DNA of 64,000 nucleotides from a virus: IMG/VR virus record IMGVR_UViG_3300045971_000437, positions 6,515 to 70,514 of that record; one strand, 5' to 3'. Shown piece by piece: positions 54,710 to 64,000 of this stretch (position 1 is its first letter; each line of letters starts with the position of its first letter). The notes under the pieces were generated by a model. It saw only the letters and a program-made list of their open reading frames with translations, ran no database searches and was not told where the DNA came from. The position numbers and the translations under genes were made by a program.

Positions 54710-57700
54710 ACGTTTGATATTCCTGTTATGAAGCCTAATGATGTAGGCATTGAGCGGGGTGTTAATAATGAATGATTGCTATTTGTTTTTAATCCATCTT
54801 CTGATATTTTTGTTAATAGATCTACAGTCTGAGAAAGCGATGTAGCTATAGCTACAAGTTGTTCTTTAGCAGATAAATCGGAAACATTAACTATTTTATC
54901 ATTAGCAACTGATTCAGTTGAAGTTGAGGTACCTTGTTTATCAGCCTGGGTATCATTCACCTTATTATTTACATTCTGGGCTGCGACAATATTCGCAGGT
55001 TCAATGATTGAAGGTTGAAATGTTGGGGCAATATTAGATGCAGTTTGCTGTTGCAAGTTAACCATTGGTGTATTGGCTGCCGCTGCAGTAGCACTAAGTG
55101 CAGAAATTGTATTTGCAGATTCAGCAAATGCTTTGTTTATTTTAGGTTCGTCTGAAGATATTGCATTGGCTATAGCACCACCACCTTCTTTGCCTAACCA
55201 TCCACCAATAGCACCACCAATAGCACCACCAATAACTGCGCCAACAACTGGAATAGGAATTAATACTTGTCCTATTCCAGCTCCAATTAAACCGGCCGTA
55301 CCTGCTCCAGCTAATCCACCTACTAGTTTACCACCCTGAATATTAGCTTCTTTGTTTGATATTGCTCCAGACTTTCTCTGATCTTCTATATCTGTGGCAC
55401 TGCTGAGCGCGGATATTCCCTCTAGTACTGTTAAGCCAGCAAGAAGTTTATTGCCGCCAAGGAATTTTGATGCTTTTCCAGCACCATTTTTAACACTACT
55501 CCAAACACTGGAACCTTTGGCGCCGCCTGCGCCTGCTGGGGAACCTGCAGTTGGTACAGTAGTAGACATCGGTAAACCATTGGCTCCAAGTATTCCAGAC
55601 CCCGCGGCAACTGTTGCTGTCCCACCGAGCGCGGTTGCAATTTTTCCGACTATTCCACCCTTACCAGCCACCGCATTAGTAATACCACCAAGTACTCCTT
55701 TGCCACCAAGTGCGCCAGCAGCCATAGACAACTGATAAGTAAATGCAACTAATGATCCTATAGCTGAAACTATTGCAGTTGGGAATGCTAATCCTAATAA
55801 TGCAGAAGCAGAATTCTTTATATTTCCTAATGAAGCTCCGAGTTCTGAACCCTTTGCTAATTTTTCTTGCTCTGCATTTTGTGCTTCACTTCCTATATTT
55901 TTTGCCTTTTTATTTTGCGCAATAACTGCGGCTTGATCTATAGCTGTTTGGGTTAACCCTAATGGTGTTTCTTGCATAAAGACTTGCTGTGAAAGAGACG
56001 AGCTTTGATTAAGTTGGGCTTGCTCTTTTGCGAATCTTGCCATTATTCCAGGCATAGCTGCTGCTTCTTCTGGAGTGGCAGCATTAGGATTTATTTTATA
56101 TCTGTAAGCAGCATTAATATCTTCTTCTGACATGTTGGCGCGCTGCATTTGCATTTTCATATTTGCAGCTTCATCAAAACGATCGCTTACCTTTTGTGTT
56201 TTGAAAGATTCTTGCGTTTTAATAAAATCATTTGCCGCTCTATCTGACATTCCTAGTGTAACTAATGCTTTTCTTCTAACTCTTAATTCATTTACATATT
56301 CTAACTGCGAGGCGCCATCTAATGCTAATAGTTTTTCTCTGACTGGAGTTGATTCATTTAACTCTTTTTCTAGTTTTAAAAACTCGGTGGCAGTAATACC
56401 TGTTATTGCTGCAAGTTTACTAAAAGCAGTCATAGTATCTTGAGTATAACTATTTAGCTTTTGAGTATTCTTAGTGTCGATTCCAGAATCGATTGCTGAT
56501 GAAATTAATGGTCCTACTAATTCAGCTGACTGAGCAGAAGTATACCCAAACGCTTTCATTGAATCAGCCATAGCTGAACTTGATTTATCAAATAGCGCAT
56601 TACCTTGCATACCCATGGTTTGCTGGTTAGCTCTAATGAATTCAGCAGTCTGTTCAAATGTTAAACCCATCTGTACGGCTTGTGTTGCTACCCCGAAATA
56701 TGATTTCGGTATATTAGCAATATTAAATTTGGACATTTCGCTAAATGCAATATTAGCTTTATTCATCGATTTAGTAAAACCTGCAACTGTTGCTGCTGCA
56801 GCAACATACGCCCCAAATTTATCTTTACCTGCTTGTATTTTTTCCTTAACTGCAATTCTTACATTTTCGTTTGTTCCATCTCTATCAACTGTTCCATTTG
56901 GTTTTAAGGAAATCATTTGCTGCGCCCACTTAGCAAATGATCCCAGTGATGGATTTAGATTGTTTACTTTTTGTCCTAATTTACTAAAAGAATCCGTAGT
57001 AGTTTTTGTTCTAGATTCAACTAGTCTAATAGCTTTAGCTAATCGCGATGTTGACATTTCTTCGGATTTTTTTCCATTGAATCCTAAATCGTGTCCTTGG
57101 GCTTTCAATTTATTTGCAACATCCACCATAGTAGCACGGATTTTTTCCATGTCTTCTACTTGCTTCTTATTACCTGGAGATTTTACAATAAAATTATCTT
57201 CACCACCAGCAGCAGATACACTAGCATTTAGCGAAATGCTCTTCGCAACAATCTTAGATAAATCAATATCTCCAAATTGTGTCTTTAATGCTTGAATGCT
57301 TTCCGAAATCGTTTCGCCAGCCGCACCGAGCTTCAACGTGAAATCAGCAAAATCAGAAGGCGATAAATTTTCCTTCAAAGTTCCTGTAATCTCATCTAAC
57401 ATATTACTATTTCTTAAAAAGCTTTTCCCTATACCAGAGAAACCTTTTTCAGTAAGTTTAGATAAATTATTAACAAAAATTGCATGCGATTGTGTATCTT
57501 TATTGAAATCAATATGCGATGTTAATAGCGATGCCGTTAACAGAGATGCATTTCTTTGCTGCTTGCTTAATTCCGATTGTAGAGACTTTGTTCCTCTGAT
57601 AGAATGTGCGAGCATTGATTGTTGCTCGCCAAAGGTTCGACCCAATAATTTATCATATTCATAGCGTCTACTATCTAAAGCATTAGTGGATTCTAATAAG

Positions 57701-58041
57701 GCTTGATTGTATTCATTCTCAAGATCAATACCTTCTTGATCGACTTTTCGCTGTTGATATGTTAGTGATAGTAATTTCTCATTCATCTTTCTCAAGTCAT
57801 CTTGAGATTTATTCCAGCCGCTGAGACTCTTTATAGATTCTCTATAAGTTTTCTCAAGATCATCTTGAAACCTCGCCATTTTCTTTGACGCTGTCGGCGC
57901 ACCTGAGGCTTCAGTTCCTACACCAGCTCTAGTTCTGTTACTTATATTAGTTTCAGTTGATTGCATTTGACGCGTTAATGCCTTCACCGCATCTGCCAGC
58001 GCCTTATTGCTATCAAGTATTAATTTTTCTTCTGGTGTCAT
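54706..58041 (-). CDS. Tape measure protein
   Basis: 1111 aa, helical, Ala/Lys/Ser-rich, glycine-zipper hydrophobic segments near the C-terminus; adjacent to hub chaperones. Confidence 0.75.
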   Translation of the reverse strand: MTPEEKLILDSNKALADAVKALTRQMQSTETNISNRTRAGVGTEASGAPTASKKMARFQDDLEKTYRESIKSLSGWNKSQDDLRKMNEKLLSLTYQQRKVDQEGIDLENEYNQALLESTNALDSRRYEYDKLLGRTFGEQQSMLAHSIRGTKSLQSELSKQQRNASLLTASLLTSHIDFNKDTQSHAIFVNNLSKLTEKGFSGIGKSFLRNSNMLDEITGTLKENLSPSDFADFTLKLGAAGETISESIQALKTQFGDIDLSKIVAKSISLNASVSAAGGEDNFIVKSPGNKKQVEDMEKIRATMVDVANKLKAQGHDLGFNGKKSEEMSTSRLAKAIRLVESRTKTTTDSFSKLGQKVNNLNPSLGSFAKWAQQMISLKPNGTVDRDGTNENVRIAVKEKIQAGKDKFGAYVAAAATVAGFTKSMNKANIAFSEMSKFNIANIPKSYFGVATQAVQMGLTFEQTAEFIRANQQTMGMQGNALFDKSSSAMADSMKAFGYTSAQSAELVGPLISSAIDSGIDTKNTQKLNSYTQDTMTAFSKLAAITGITATEFLKLEKELNESTPVREKLLALDGASQLEYVNELRVRRKALVTLGMSDRAANDFIKTQESFKTQKVSDRFDEAANMKMQMQRANMSEEDINAAYRYKINPNAATPEEAAAMPGIMARFAKEQAQLNQSSSLSQQVFMQETPLGLTQTAIDQAAVIAQNKKAKNIGSEAQNAEQEKLAKGSELGASLGNIKNSASALLGLAFPTAIVSAIGSLVAFTYQLSMAAGALGGKGVLGGITNAVAGKGGIVGKIATALGGTATVAAGSGILGANGLPMSTTVPTAGSPAGAGGAKGSSVWSSVKNGAGKASKFLGGNKLLAGLTVLEGISALSSATDIEDQRKSGAISNKEANIQGGKLVGGLAGAGTAGLIGAGIGQVLIPIPVVGAVIGGAIGGAIGGWLGKEGGGAIANAISSDEPKINKAFAESANTISALSATAAAANTPMVNLQQQTASNIAPTFQPSIIEPANIVAAQNVNNKVNDTQADKQGTSTSTESVANDKIVNVSDLSAKEQLVAIATSLSQTVDLLTKISEDGLKTNSNHSLLTPRSMPTSLGFITGISNV

Positions 58042-58065
58042 ACGATTCCTGAATGATTTTCTAAC

Positions 58066-58093
58066 TATAAATAAAGTATATCAGTTATTTATT
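58066..58093. promoter_or_regulatory. Face-to-face late promoters (TATAAATA plus 58066-58073; AATAAATA minus 58093..58086)
   Basis: Serve the divergent tape measure and gp26-like genes. Confidence 0.6.
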
Positions 58094-58127
58094 AAAGATC
58101 AGATACCCATAATACAGGAGAATTAGT

Positions 58128-58916
58128 ATGTCAGAATCATCAAATCCACTTCTAGCCGCATTAAAATTGCCAGGTCGCATATTTCAATTGCCATCAAGAG
58201 GATTATTTTATAAAGATGGTGAATTAGAAGCAGATGTTAAAAATGGTGAAATTCATGTTAGACCTATGTCTGCGCTTGATGAAATCACAATGAAGAATCC
58301 CGATCAATTATTCAGCGGTGATGGAATTGACACTGTAATTAAACACTGCGTTTCAGGTATTAATAATCCGAGATTACTTTTATCAAAGGATGTTGATGCT
58401 TTGACAATGTTTCTTAGAGTAGTAACATATGGACCATCATATGAATTTATGGCTCGGCATAATTGTGAAGGTGGTAAAGATCATAGTTACGTAGCTGATG
58501 TTGAACAATTAATATCCGCTATGAATTTAATTGATCCTACTACAGTTGAAGATTTATTTTCATTAACAACTGCTAGTGGTCAGAAAGTTTCGATTAAACC
58601 AAATAGATACCAGCACATGTTAGATTTGATTAAGGCGAATGATGCTAATGCAAAGCCTACTCTCAAAGATGAACATGAAAATATTATGGCAATGCTATTG
58701 GGCGTGATAGATTGTATTGATAATATAAGAGACCCCAAGCTTATTGCTGAGTGGATAAAGGCAGCACCAGTTTCTTATATTAATCGCTTGGGTGAAAAGA
58801 TTAATTCTACATCGGAATGGGGGCCTAATTTAAAATGGACCTGTAAATGCAGAGATTGTCAAAAGGATTTTGAGATTGAATTACCTATTAATCCTGTGTC
58901 TTTTTTCACCGAATGA
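58128..58916 (+). CDS. Baseplate hub / tail assembly chaperone (gp26-like)
   Basis: LPSRGLFY, IHVRPMS, HNC and CKCRDC zinc motifs, C-terminal INPVSFF. Confidence 0.75.
   Translation: MSESSNPLLAALKLPGRIFQLPSRGLFYKDGELEADVKNGEIHVRPMSALDEITMKNPDQLFSGDGIDTVIKHCVSGINNPRLLLSKDVDALTMFLRVVTYGPSYEFMARHNCEGGKDHSYVADVEQLISAMNLIDPTTVEDLFSLTTASGQKVSIKPNRYQHMLDLIKANDANAKPTLKDEHENIMAMLLGVIDCIDNIRDPKLIAEWIKAAPVSYINRLGEKINSTSEWGPNLKWTCKCRDCQKDFEIELPINPVSFFTE
58901..58907 (+). other. Candidate -1 ribosomal frameshift site T TTT TTC
   Basis: In-frame X XXY YYZ heptamer two codons before the stop; the -1 frame is open into the next ORF. Confidence 0.55.
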
Positions 58917-59137
58917 TAAAGTCTGGAGATATGGTAGCAGTCCAAAAAATGATTGTTACTCTGGGAGCTGATATTAAAAATATTATTAAATCGGCTTTAG
59001 AAATTTCTTATTTTTCACGGGGAGGTTGGGACTATGCAGCAGTGTTAGCAATGTCCCAAGGTGAAAGAGAAATGGCAGTTGACTTCATAAATGAGCGATT
59101 AAAGATTGCATCTAAGTCACAACATCCAATTTATTAA
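58913..59137 (+). CDS. gp51-like / T-type tail assembly chaperone segment
   Basis: GWDYAAVLAMSQGEREMAVDFI pattern; no clear Shine-Dalgarno. Confidence 0.55.
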   Translation: MIKSGDMVAVQKMIVTLGADIKNIIKSALEISYFSRGGWDYAAVLAMSQGEREMAVDFINERLKIASKSQHPIY

Positions 59138-59163
59138 TCCCTGACTTCAAACACTTAGACGGG

Positions 59164-59203
59164 AAAAGGCCCTTAAGAATTTCTTCTTAAGGGCCTTTGT
59201 TTT
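59164..59203. terminator. Bidirectional terminator
   Basis: aaggcccttaagaa-tttc-ttcttaagggcctt between convergent genes. Confidence 0.8.
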
Positions 59204-59215
59204 ACGTACTTTATA

Positions 59216-60628
59216 TTATATTGAACCGAATATTACTTCTTTAGTATTTTCAATTACGATTATTACTTTGTAATAGAAATCAAAGCCATTTAGATTTTTT
59301 AGTTCAGAATTATGTCCATATACTGGATATCTTTCATTCTTATTCTCAAGTCGAGCAAACTGCAAACCATTTTTAACTGATTCATTTAAGAAAGACATTT
59401 GGTGAACTTTAATCATCAGACTATCTGATACACCATTAGCAAATTTTGCTTGTTCACTTTCTTCATTAATAGAATATTCATGCGCATCCCGATTGTATTG
59501 CAAATAGGAACTTCTGCTGTTCATATTATCTATACCTTTAATCAGGTGTGCAGACATATTATGATAGCCGCCCAACAAACTAAATCCTAAATGATATGAG
59601 ATAGAATCTAATTGAGATATTTGGTATTGTCGTAGCGATACTTTGCCATAATGGTCGAATTTAAAATCCGGTGGCGGCGCATTTGTTAGGCTTCTAATAA
59701 GTTGCAATCCCTCTTCTTTAGAGAGTGCTAAATACTTTAACTTAATGTCATCCAATATTTTTGGGTTACTAGAAGCATAAATGGTTTTGCCATGAAGACC
59801 GGTATTACTAGCAGCATAATCTTTAACTCCTGCCTCAATTTCAGAATTTACAAATGCAATTGCTTCTTCCTGGGTGTAAGATTTTTCTGTTGGAGTTGCG
59901 GAAATAATCTTTGGGGACTTAACATAATAATGCATGCCTGTAAGTTCTTTACTAGTAGTCTTGATTACATAAGTCTTTGTTGCCTCGCAGCGACCTTCAG
60001 TGTTTGCTACAACAATATACATTTCGCCTAAGAATATTCCAGTAATACCATTTTTAAGTGCTACTTCATTACCAAGTGGTATCCATCGTGTTGGCAGTGT
60101 AGATGCATTATGAATGTCAGTTGACTTTTGAGATGAGATGTAAATTTCAGAATTAACTGGAAGCAAAACAACTTTACTGCCATTTGCTTTATCCCAACCC
60201 CAAACGCATTCACCACTAATATCGCCTTTAGAAATATCGCAGTATTGAAATAGTTTTGCTAGGTTGCCTGAAGAAATTTCAAGCTCAAAACCACGTGGAT
60301 CAACGACTCGCCAGTAAACAGTCAAATCATTCCAGCCACCACCATGCGTAACTTTTTTAGAAAGTTTAAAACCAGATTGGGGAATATTTCCTTCAAGCGT
60401 AGCAGGAACAAGTTCATTATCTACATGTTCAACACCTTCTACTTTTTGATAATGCTTCTTATGATAATTAGACTGTTCATTACCAGCTTTCACCCAACCA
60501 TCTACAGTTGATTGACGTTTTCGACAAGCAGCATTATTTTCATAATACGTTCCAAACCCCAACTTTGCATCAGGATCTTGCCTAAAACCTAGATAAATTT
60601 GTTCAGGGATGATAATGTTCTCAGCCAT
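59216..60628 (-). CDS. Hypothetical phage protein
   Basis: 470 aa; IYLGF, WRVVDPRGFELEISSGNL, GECVWGW. Confidence 0.65.
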   Translation of the reverse strand: MAENIIIPEQIYLGFRQDPDAKLGFGTYYENNAACRKRQSTVDGWVKAGNEQSNYHKKHYQKVEGVEHVDNELVPATLEGNIPQSGFKLSKKVTHGGGWNDLTVYWRVVDPRGFELEISSGNLAKLFQYCDISKGDISGECVWGWDKANGSKVVLLPVNSEIYISSQKSTDIHNASTLPTRWIPLGNEVALKNGITGIFLGEMYIVVANTEGRCEATKTYVIKTTSKELTGMHYYVKSPKIISATPTEKSYTQEEAIAFVNSEIEAGVKDYAASNTGLHGKTIYASSNPKILDDIKLKYLALSKEEGLQLIRSLTNAPPPDFKFDHYGKVSLRQYQISQLDSISYHLGFSLLGGYHNMSAHLIKGIDNMNSRSSYLQYNRDAHEYSINEESEQAKFANGVSDSLMIKVHQMSFLNESVKNGLQFARLENKNERYPVYGHNSELKNLNGFDFYYKVIIVIENTKEVIFGSI

Positions 60629-60658
60629 AATTTGATCTCTTTCTTTAAAATATAGAAT

Positions 60659-60688
60659 ATTATATCATACGACCTGATGAAAGTAAAC
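60659..60688 (-). promoter_or_regulatory. Early promoter GTTTAC...TGATATAAT
   Basis: Minus strand gtttactttcatcaggtcgtatgatataat. Confidence 0.75.
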
Positions 60689-61188
60689 TAAAGAATAATC
60701 TTTTTCTGTTGATTATTTAATAACTTAATAAATTCAGTTCTATCGTAGACTCTAACTTCTGCATTCTTAGGAGTAGGTTTAGATGGATCAAGAGATTGCA
60801 TAAAATGACAATGTGTGAAGCATACTAGATTGAATTCGTATGAAGCCAATAGAGACTTCATTCTATTCTGACAAGACTCATTTGATTCTCTTGCGCATTC
60901 AGAGATATGTCTGACTTCATTTAAACGATTATCGTGGATAATTGGATATCTAGTTCTTGACATTGCAATCTGTGCAGTAAGTTTTGCGCGCTGATGCGAT
61001 GACGAAATTACTGTTGTGTGTAGCTGATAATAATCGGGATTCATAATCTTATCAATTTGAAAAGATAGTTGAACAGCTTGGTCGACGCCTTTCATTGACA
61101 GAATATTTGCTACATCGGGAAGAGTATAGTATCTTTCTTCCACATTTCCAAGACTTTCGCCATGGCGGATTAGTATTATTTTGCTCAT
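60688..61188 (-). CDS. Histidine phosphatase superfamily protein
   Basis: ILIRHGES, LSMKGVDQA, RAKLTA, RLNE, CFTH, KNAE. Confidence 0.85.
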   Translation of the reverse strand: MSKIILIRHGESLGNVEERYYTLPDVANILSMKGVDQAVQLSFQIDKIMNPDYYQLHTTVISSSHQRAKLTAQIAMSRTRYPIIHDNRLNEVRHISECARESNESCQNRMKSLLASYEFNLVCFTHCHFMQSLDPSKPTPKNAEVRVYDRTEFIKLLNNQQKKIIL

Positions 61189-61475
61189 TAGAATTCAAGT
61201 ATATTATTTTTAAGTACATAGATGTTGACTAGATCAACTAGAACATCTCCATGACAAGGTTTAGGATGACACCAGCAACCAAGTGTCAATCCTTTAAGTT
61301 CCGAAAGCGAATCGAATAATTCAGGAGTGCCTAGAACGTATTTCCTGTATTTCTCAATAACTTCATCGCGTGTTCCATCTACTCCTATCTCAAATGGGTT
61401 ACCCCACTTACTCGGCCGCCCAATGTAGATATCGTATTCAGCCCGTTTGAAGTGCACAACTTTAGTATGTTTCAT
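61188..61475 (-). CDS. DUF4326-like protein
   Basis: DIYIGRPSKWGNPF, LGCWCHPKPCHGDVL. Confidence 0.85.
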   Translation of the reverse strand: MKHTKVVHFKRAEYDIYIGRPSKWGNPFEIGVDGTRDEVIEKYRKYVLGTPELFDSLSELKGLTLGCWCHPKPCHGDVLVDLVNIYVLKNNILEF

Positions 61476-62788
61476 GCGTATAGAAAATATTCAGTTACTT
61501 CTTTTAATCTGTTAACAGATTTATCCACACTAACTTTTAAAGAAGTCTGGTGAGCTATAAGATGCATTAATTCTTTCTCTGATTTGTTTGAAATAATTCC
61601 ATCAATACCATCATGCATCATTAAACCTGTATTGCCAGTTGCATTCCAAATAGCATGTCTTGCTTGACGCTCCCAGATAAAGTATTGTTGAAATATCTTC
61701 TTCTGATTTAATCTCGTTGGTTTTTCATTTAAAAGATAGATACACAAATCGCGTTTGGCTGCTTTAAATTGCCGAGTTAAAACGGACAGTCTATTTCCAA
61801 TTCTTTCTGAATCAGATGGTAGCATATCAGGGATAGCCTGATGAACAATAGCAACAGCTTCAGATCGACCAGTATCAATAGCCATTAATCCAGCAGTAGC
61901 ATTCGAACCATTTGCTAATGCCATAATTAATTTCTTAACGACCTTTAAATTTTCTGTATTGACTGGTAACTTCAAATAGTCTTTACATAATTCTTCTCTA
62001 AAGTTTTGCTTATCTTTATCAGCTCTAACTAAGTCTGGATATTTAAGCTTAAGAAGATTTAAATCATTTGCATATTTTAATTCTAATTTCTGCATCATAA
62101 ACTGAAAATAAGAATTTTCAATATCGATTATAGTTTCGCCAAATAATAATTCCCGCAACCAGCCTGGCCAGGTCTCAATTGATTTAATTGGCCAAACAGA
62201 TTTTTCTCTAGCTTGAAGTTTACCAGCACCCGTATAATAGAAAGGTATCTGTTCAGTTTGAGATAATAACCATTGACAAGCGGGCCATAAATCTTCTCGT
62301 TGAGTATCAGTTAATTTCTTTTTAATTGCTTCAGTTTTATTTGTTTGGGCTTTAACATAAGAAATATTATAGAGTTCTTTTTTATCTGGCTGTTGACCCG
62401 GAGAAAAACGAACCACATTAATAATACTCTCGATTGCTAGAATCAATTTCTTACTAAGTTTTTTGGGACTTATGAGAGTCGGACTGTTTAAACCATTTGG
62501 GAAGTTAAATCCTACCCGATTAATATCGAAGAAGTATTCAAGTATTACCTTGGCATCTTTTACTTGTCTAGTAAGACTTGTAATAAGAACTTCCTCTTCA
62601 ATAAAACCCGGTGCAGATTTATTTTGTTGCATGGAGCGATACCATGCTACTGCTATTGACAGAATTAATCCTTGGCGCTGCTTTCTTTTTGTCCACCACA
62701 TACCGCGCAGCTTAAAGAAATTTCCTACGAATAGGGCATCACCTCGGATTAAATCATAATCTAATTCAACATTATGGAATGTTAGCAT
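61472..62788 (-). CDS. Compact family-A / T7-like polymerase-fold protein
   Basis: IDIENSYFQ (motif A-like), KKLIMALANGS (motif B-like), MHDGIDG (motif C-like). Confidence 0.55.
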   Translation of the reverse strand: MLTFHNVELDYDLIRGDALFVGNFFKLRGMWWTKRKQRQGLILSIAVAWYRSMQQNKSAPGFIEEEVLITSLTRQVKDAKVILEYFFDINRVGFNFPNGLNSPTLISPKKLSKKLILAIESIINVVRFSPGQQPDKKELYNISYVKAQTNKTEAIKKKLTDTQREDLWPACQWLLSQTEQIPFYYTGAGKLQAREKSVWPIKSIETWPGWLRELLFGETIIDIENSYFQFMMQKLELKYANDLNLLKLKYPDLVRADKDKQNFREELCKDYLKLPVNTENLKVVKKLIMALANGSNATAGLMAIDTGRSEAVAIVHQAIPDMLPSDSERIGNRLSVLTRQFKAAKRDLCIYLLNEKPTRLNQKKIFQQYFIWERQARHAIWNATGNTGLMMHDGIDGIISNKSEKELMHLIAHQTSLKVSVDKSVNRLKEVTEYFLYA

Positions 62789-63251
62789 CTAATATGGCAT
62801 CTTTAATTTCTATTAACAGTTCGTTAAAATTATCAACAAGTGTCAGCGAATAACGTTCACAAACCATTTCAACATTACCCTTCCTCCAAAATCCATCAGG
62901 GCAACAAACAATAATTTTCTTATCCCAAGAACCCGCATGGAGACCCAACTCAAGAAGAGTAACGGGAGATTTAGTATTCGGATCAAAATAGAAAATAATA
63001 ATATCAGACGAATCTAACGAACGCATTTCCCAATCTACTTGTTCATAGAACCTAGGATCATTTATACTTTGATTTATTGAAGAATCCCAATCATCTCGCC
63101 TAGGATTAAAAATTATCACATGATCATATGTCAATTCAGTAATAATTTTATCCTGCCATCTCTCAGCAATACCCATCTCAATCGAACCGCCTAGAAATAA
63201 TCTAGGCAAATTCGATCCAGGATCTTTTTGCGGTGCCTGAATTTCAATCAT
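62772..63251 (-). CDS. Nucleoside 2-deoxyribosyltransferase-like protein
   Basis: LFLGGSI, IFNPRR, EQVDWE, KSPVTLLELG, GNV; start moved to MIEIQ (TAATG overlap). Confidence 0.8.
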   Translation of the reverse strand: MIEIQAPQKDPGSNLPRLFLGGSIEMGIAERWQDKIITELTYDHVIIFNPRRDDWDSSINQSINDPRFYEQVDWEMRSLDSSDIIIFYFDPNTKSPVTLLELGLHAGSWDKKIIVCCPDGFWRKGNVEMVCERYSLTLVDNFNELLIEIKDAILDANIP

Positions 63252-63577
63252 TATTTTGCAGAGTAAACTGGCTGACTTAAGCGATGACGTTTCTTCATCT
63301 GCTGGTAAATAGCACGACCACATGTAGGATCAAGTGTCAATGTTTTAACGACATAACGCTCTTGCTTAGATGCAATAGTTATCCACTTGTTTTGTGTATC
63401 TTTGATTGATTCACCATTCTTTAGCGTATTCGTTGCCTCAGTTTTGTAGATAGTTGGAAGGGCTTCATGGTCATTACGTTTGTAATTATATGAAGCCCAT
63501 ACTGGGTTCTGAACATTACCACGATGCTGAAGATGTTCAACAAGTTGACGAATGCTACGTGCTTTTTTGCTATTCAT
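63251..63577 (-). CDS. Hypothetical basic protein
   Basis: 108-aa ORF with AGGA RBS. Confidence 0.55.
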   Translation of the reverse strand: MNSKKARSIRQLVEHLQHRGNVQNPVWASYNYKRNDHEALPTIYKTEATNTLKNGESIKDTQNKWITIASKQERYVVKTLTLDPTCGRAIYQQMKKRHRLSQPVYSAK

Positions 63578-63591
63578 TATAGTATTTCCTA

Positions 63592-63999
63592 TTAGATTAT
63601 ACCGCTCCAGCGGGGATTTAAATGTGAGTCAACGTGTTCTACTAAAAATCCATGTGAATTTTTATAGAGAAGTACTTCCCATCTTGAAGTACTTGGTGTC
63701 CCTAACTTGCCTAACTTAGGACGAATAATAATAAATTTAATCTGGTGTTCTGGGATAGATAAATTTTCAATATAAACAGGTTCTGCTACATTAACAAAAT
63801 CAATTCGATGCAGAGTTTTAGCCGGCTTTCTTATTTCCTTATCATCACGTAATTGAATTTTATCTATTACTGATTTTATTTCAAAGGTGCCAACAGGAAA
63901 CTGTGCTGAATGATGTGTACTAGGGTTTGGACTAATTAAAGCTTTCTTGCCTCTAGACTTATCAACAAAATTAATAAGTGCATCAATGAAAAATGATCT
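63592..63999 (-). CDS. Hypothetical protein, 5' end outside the window (not in ORF track)
   Basis: Open frame ...RSFFIDALINFVDKSRGKK...NPRWSGII* from the edge to TAA at 63594..63592. Confidence 0.55.
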   Translation of the reverse strand, partial: RSFFIDALINFVDKSRGKKALISPNPSTHHSAQFPVGTFEIKSVIDKIQLRDDKEIRKPAKTLHRIDFVNVAEPVYIENLSIPEHQIKFIIIRPKLGKLGTPSTSRWEVLLYKNSHGFLVEHVDSHLNPRWSGII

Positions 64000-64000
64000 T

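Noticed and set aside
56132-57664. Long plus-strand ORFs (up to 226 aa) inside the tape measure gene
   Set aside because: Antisense shadows of a long coding gene; no RBS or promoter context and no recognisable motifs
1-64000. Stop-codon reassignment (seen in some large phages)
   Set aside because: Core genes (MCP, portal, sheath, TerL, RNR) are full length in the standard code and coding density is high
1-64000. tRNA or rRNA genes
   Set aside because: Intergenic gaps are short and explained by promoters, terminators or leaders; no cloverleaf with T-loop GTTCRA was recognised by eye (tRNAscan-SE would be definitive)

Overview
AT-rich segment of a large T4-like (jumbo-type) tailed myophage genome, with densely packed genes mostly on the minus strand and intact in the standard bacterial code. 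From left to right it holds a partial holin-like membrane gene, a glycosyltransferase coupled to a tail-fibre gene, glutaredoxin with a class II RNR, a GH108 endolysin and the uvsW-uvsY-uvsX-gp32 recombination block. Next come a split HD/Pnk RNA-repair pair, small early genes and TerL. The virion module follows: TerS, two gp4-like genes, baseplate/tube/sheath/gp15, gp14, a free-standing GIY-YIG endonuclease, gp13, MCP, scaffold, protease, portal, tape measure and gp26/gp51-like chaperones. The window ends with early genes, including a compact T7-like polymerase-fold ORF. Main hunt results: (1) about 20 genes carry T4-style capsid-targeting/protease leaders, and their cargo includes seven paralogous R-S-E ADP-ribosyltransferase-fold proteins, a T7 gp0.7-like kinase, a zeta-like kinase, a GNAT and an amidoligase, suggesting an injected protein-modification arsenal; (2) a twice-repeated, covarying pseudoknot-like RNA motif ends exactly 28 nt before two prohead-core genes; (3) a -1 slippery site joins the gp26- and gp51-like ORFs; (4) two reciprocal promoter-in-hairpin translational switches; (5) an unannotated DW-repeat/polyproline peptide follows the tail-tube gene. 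All protein calls come from motif recognition by eye; no database searches or folding programs were run.
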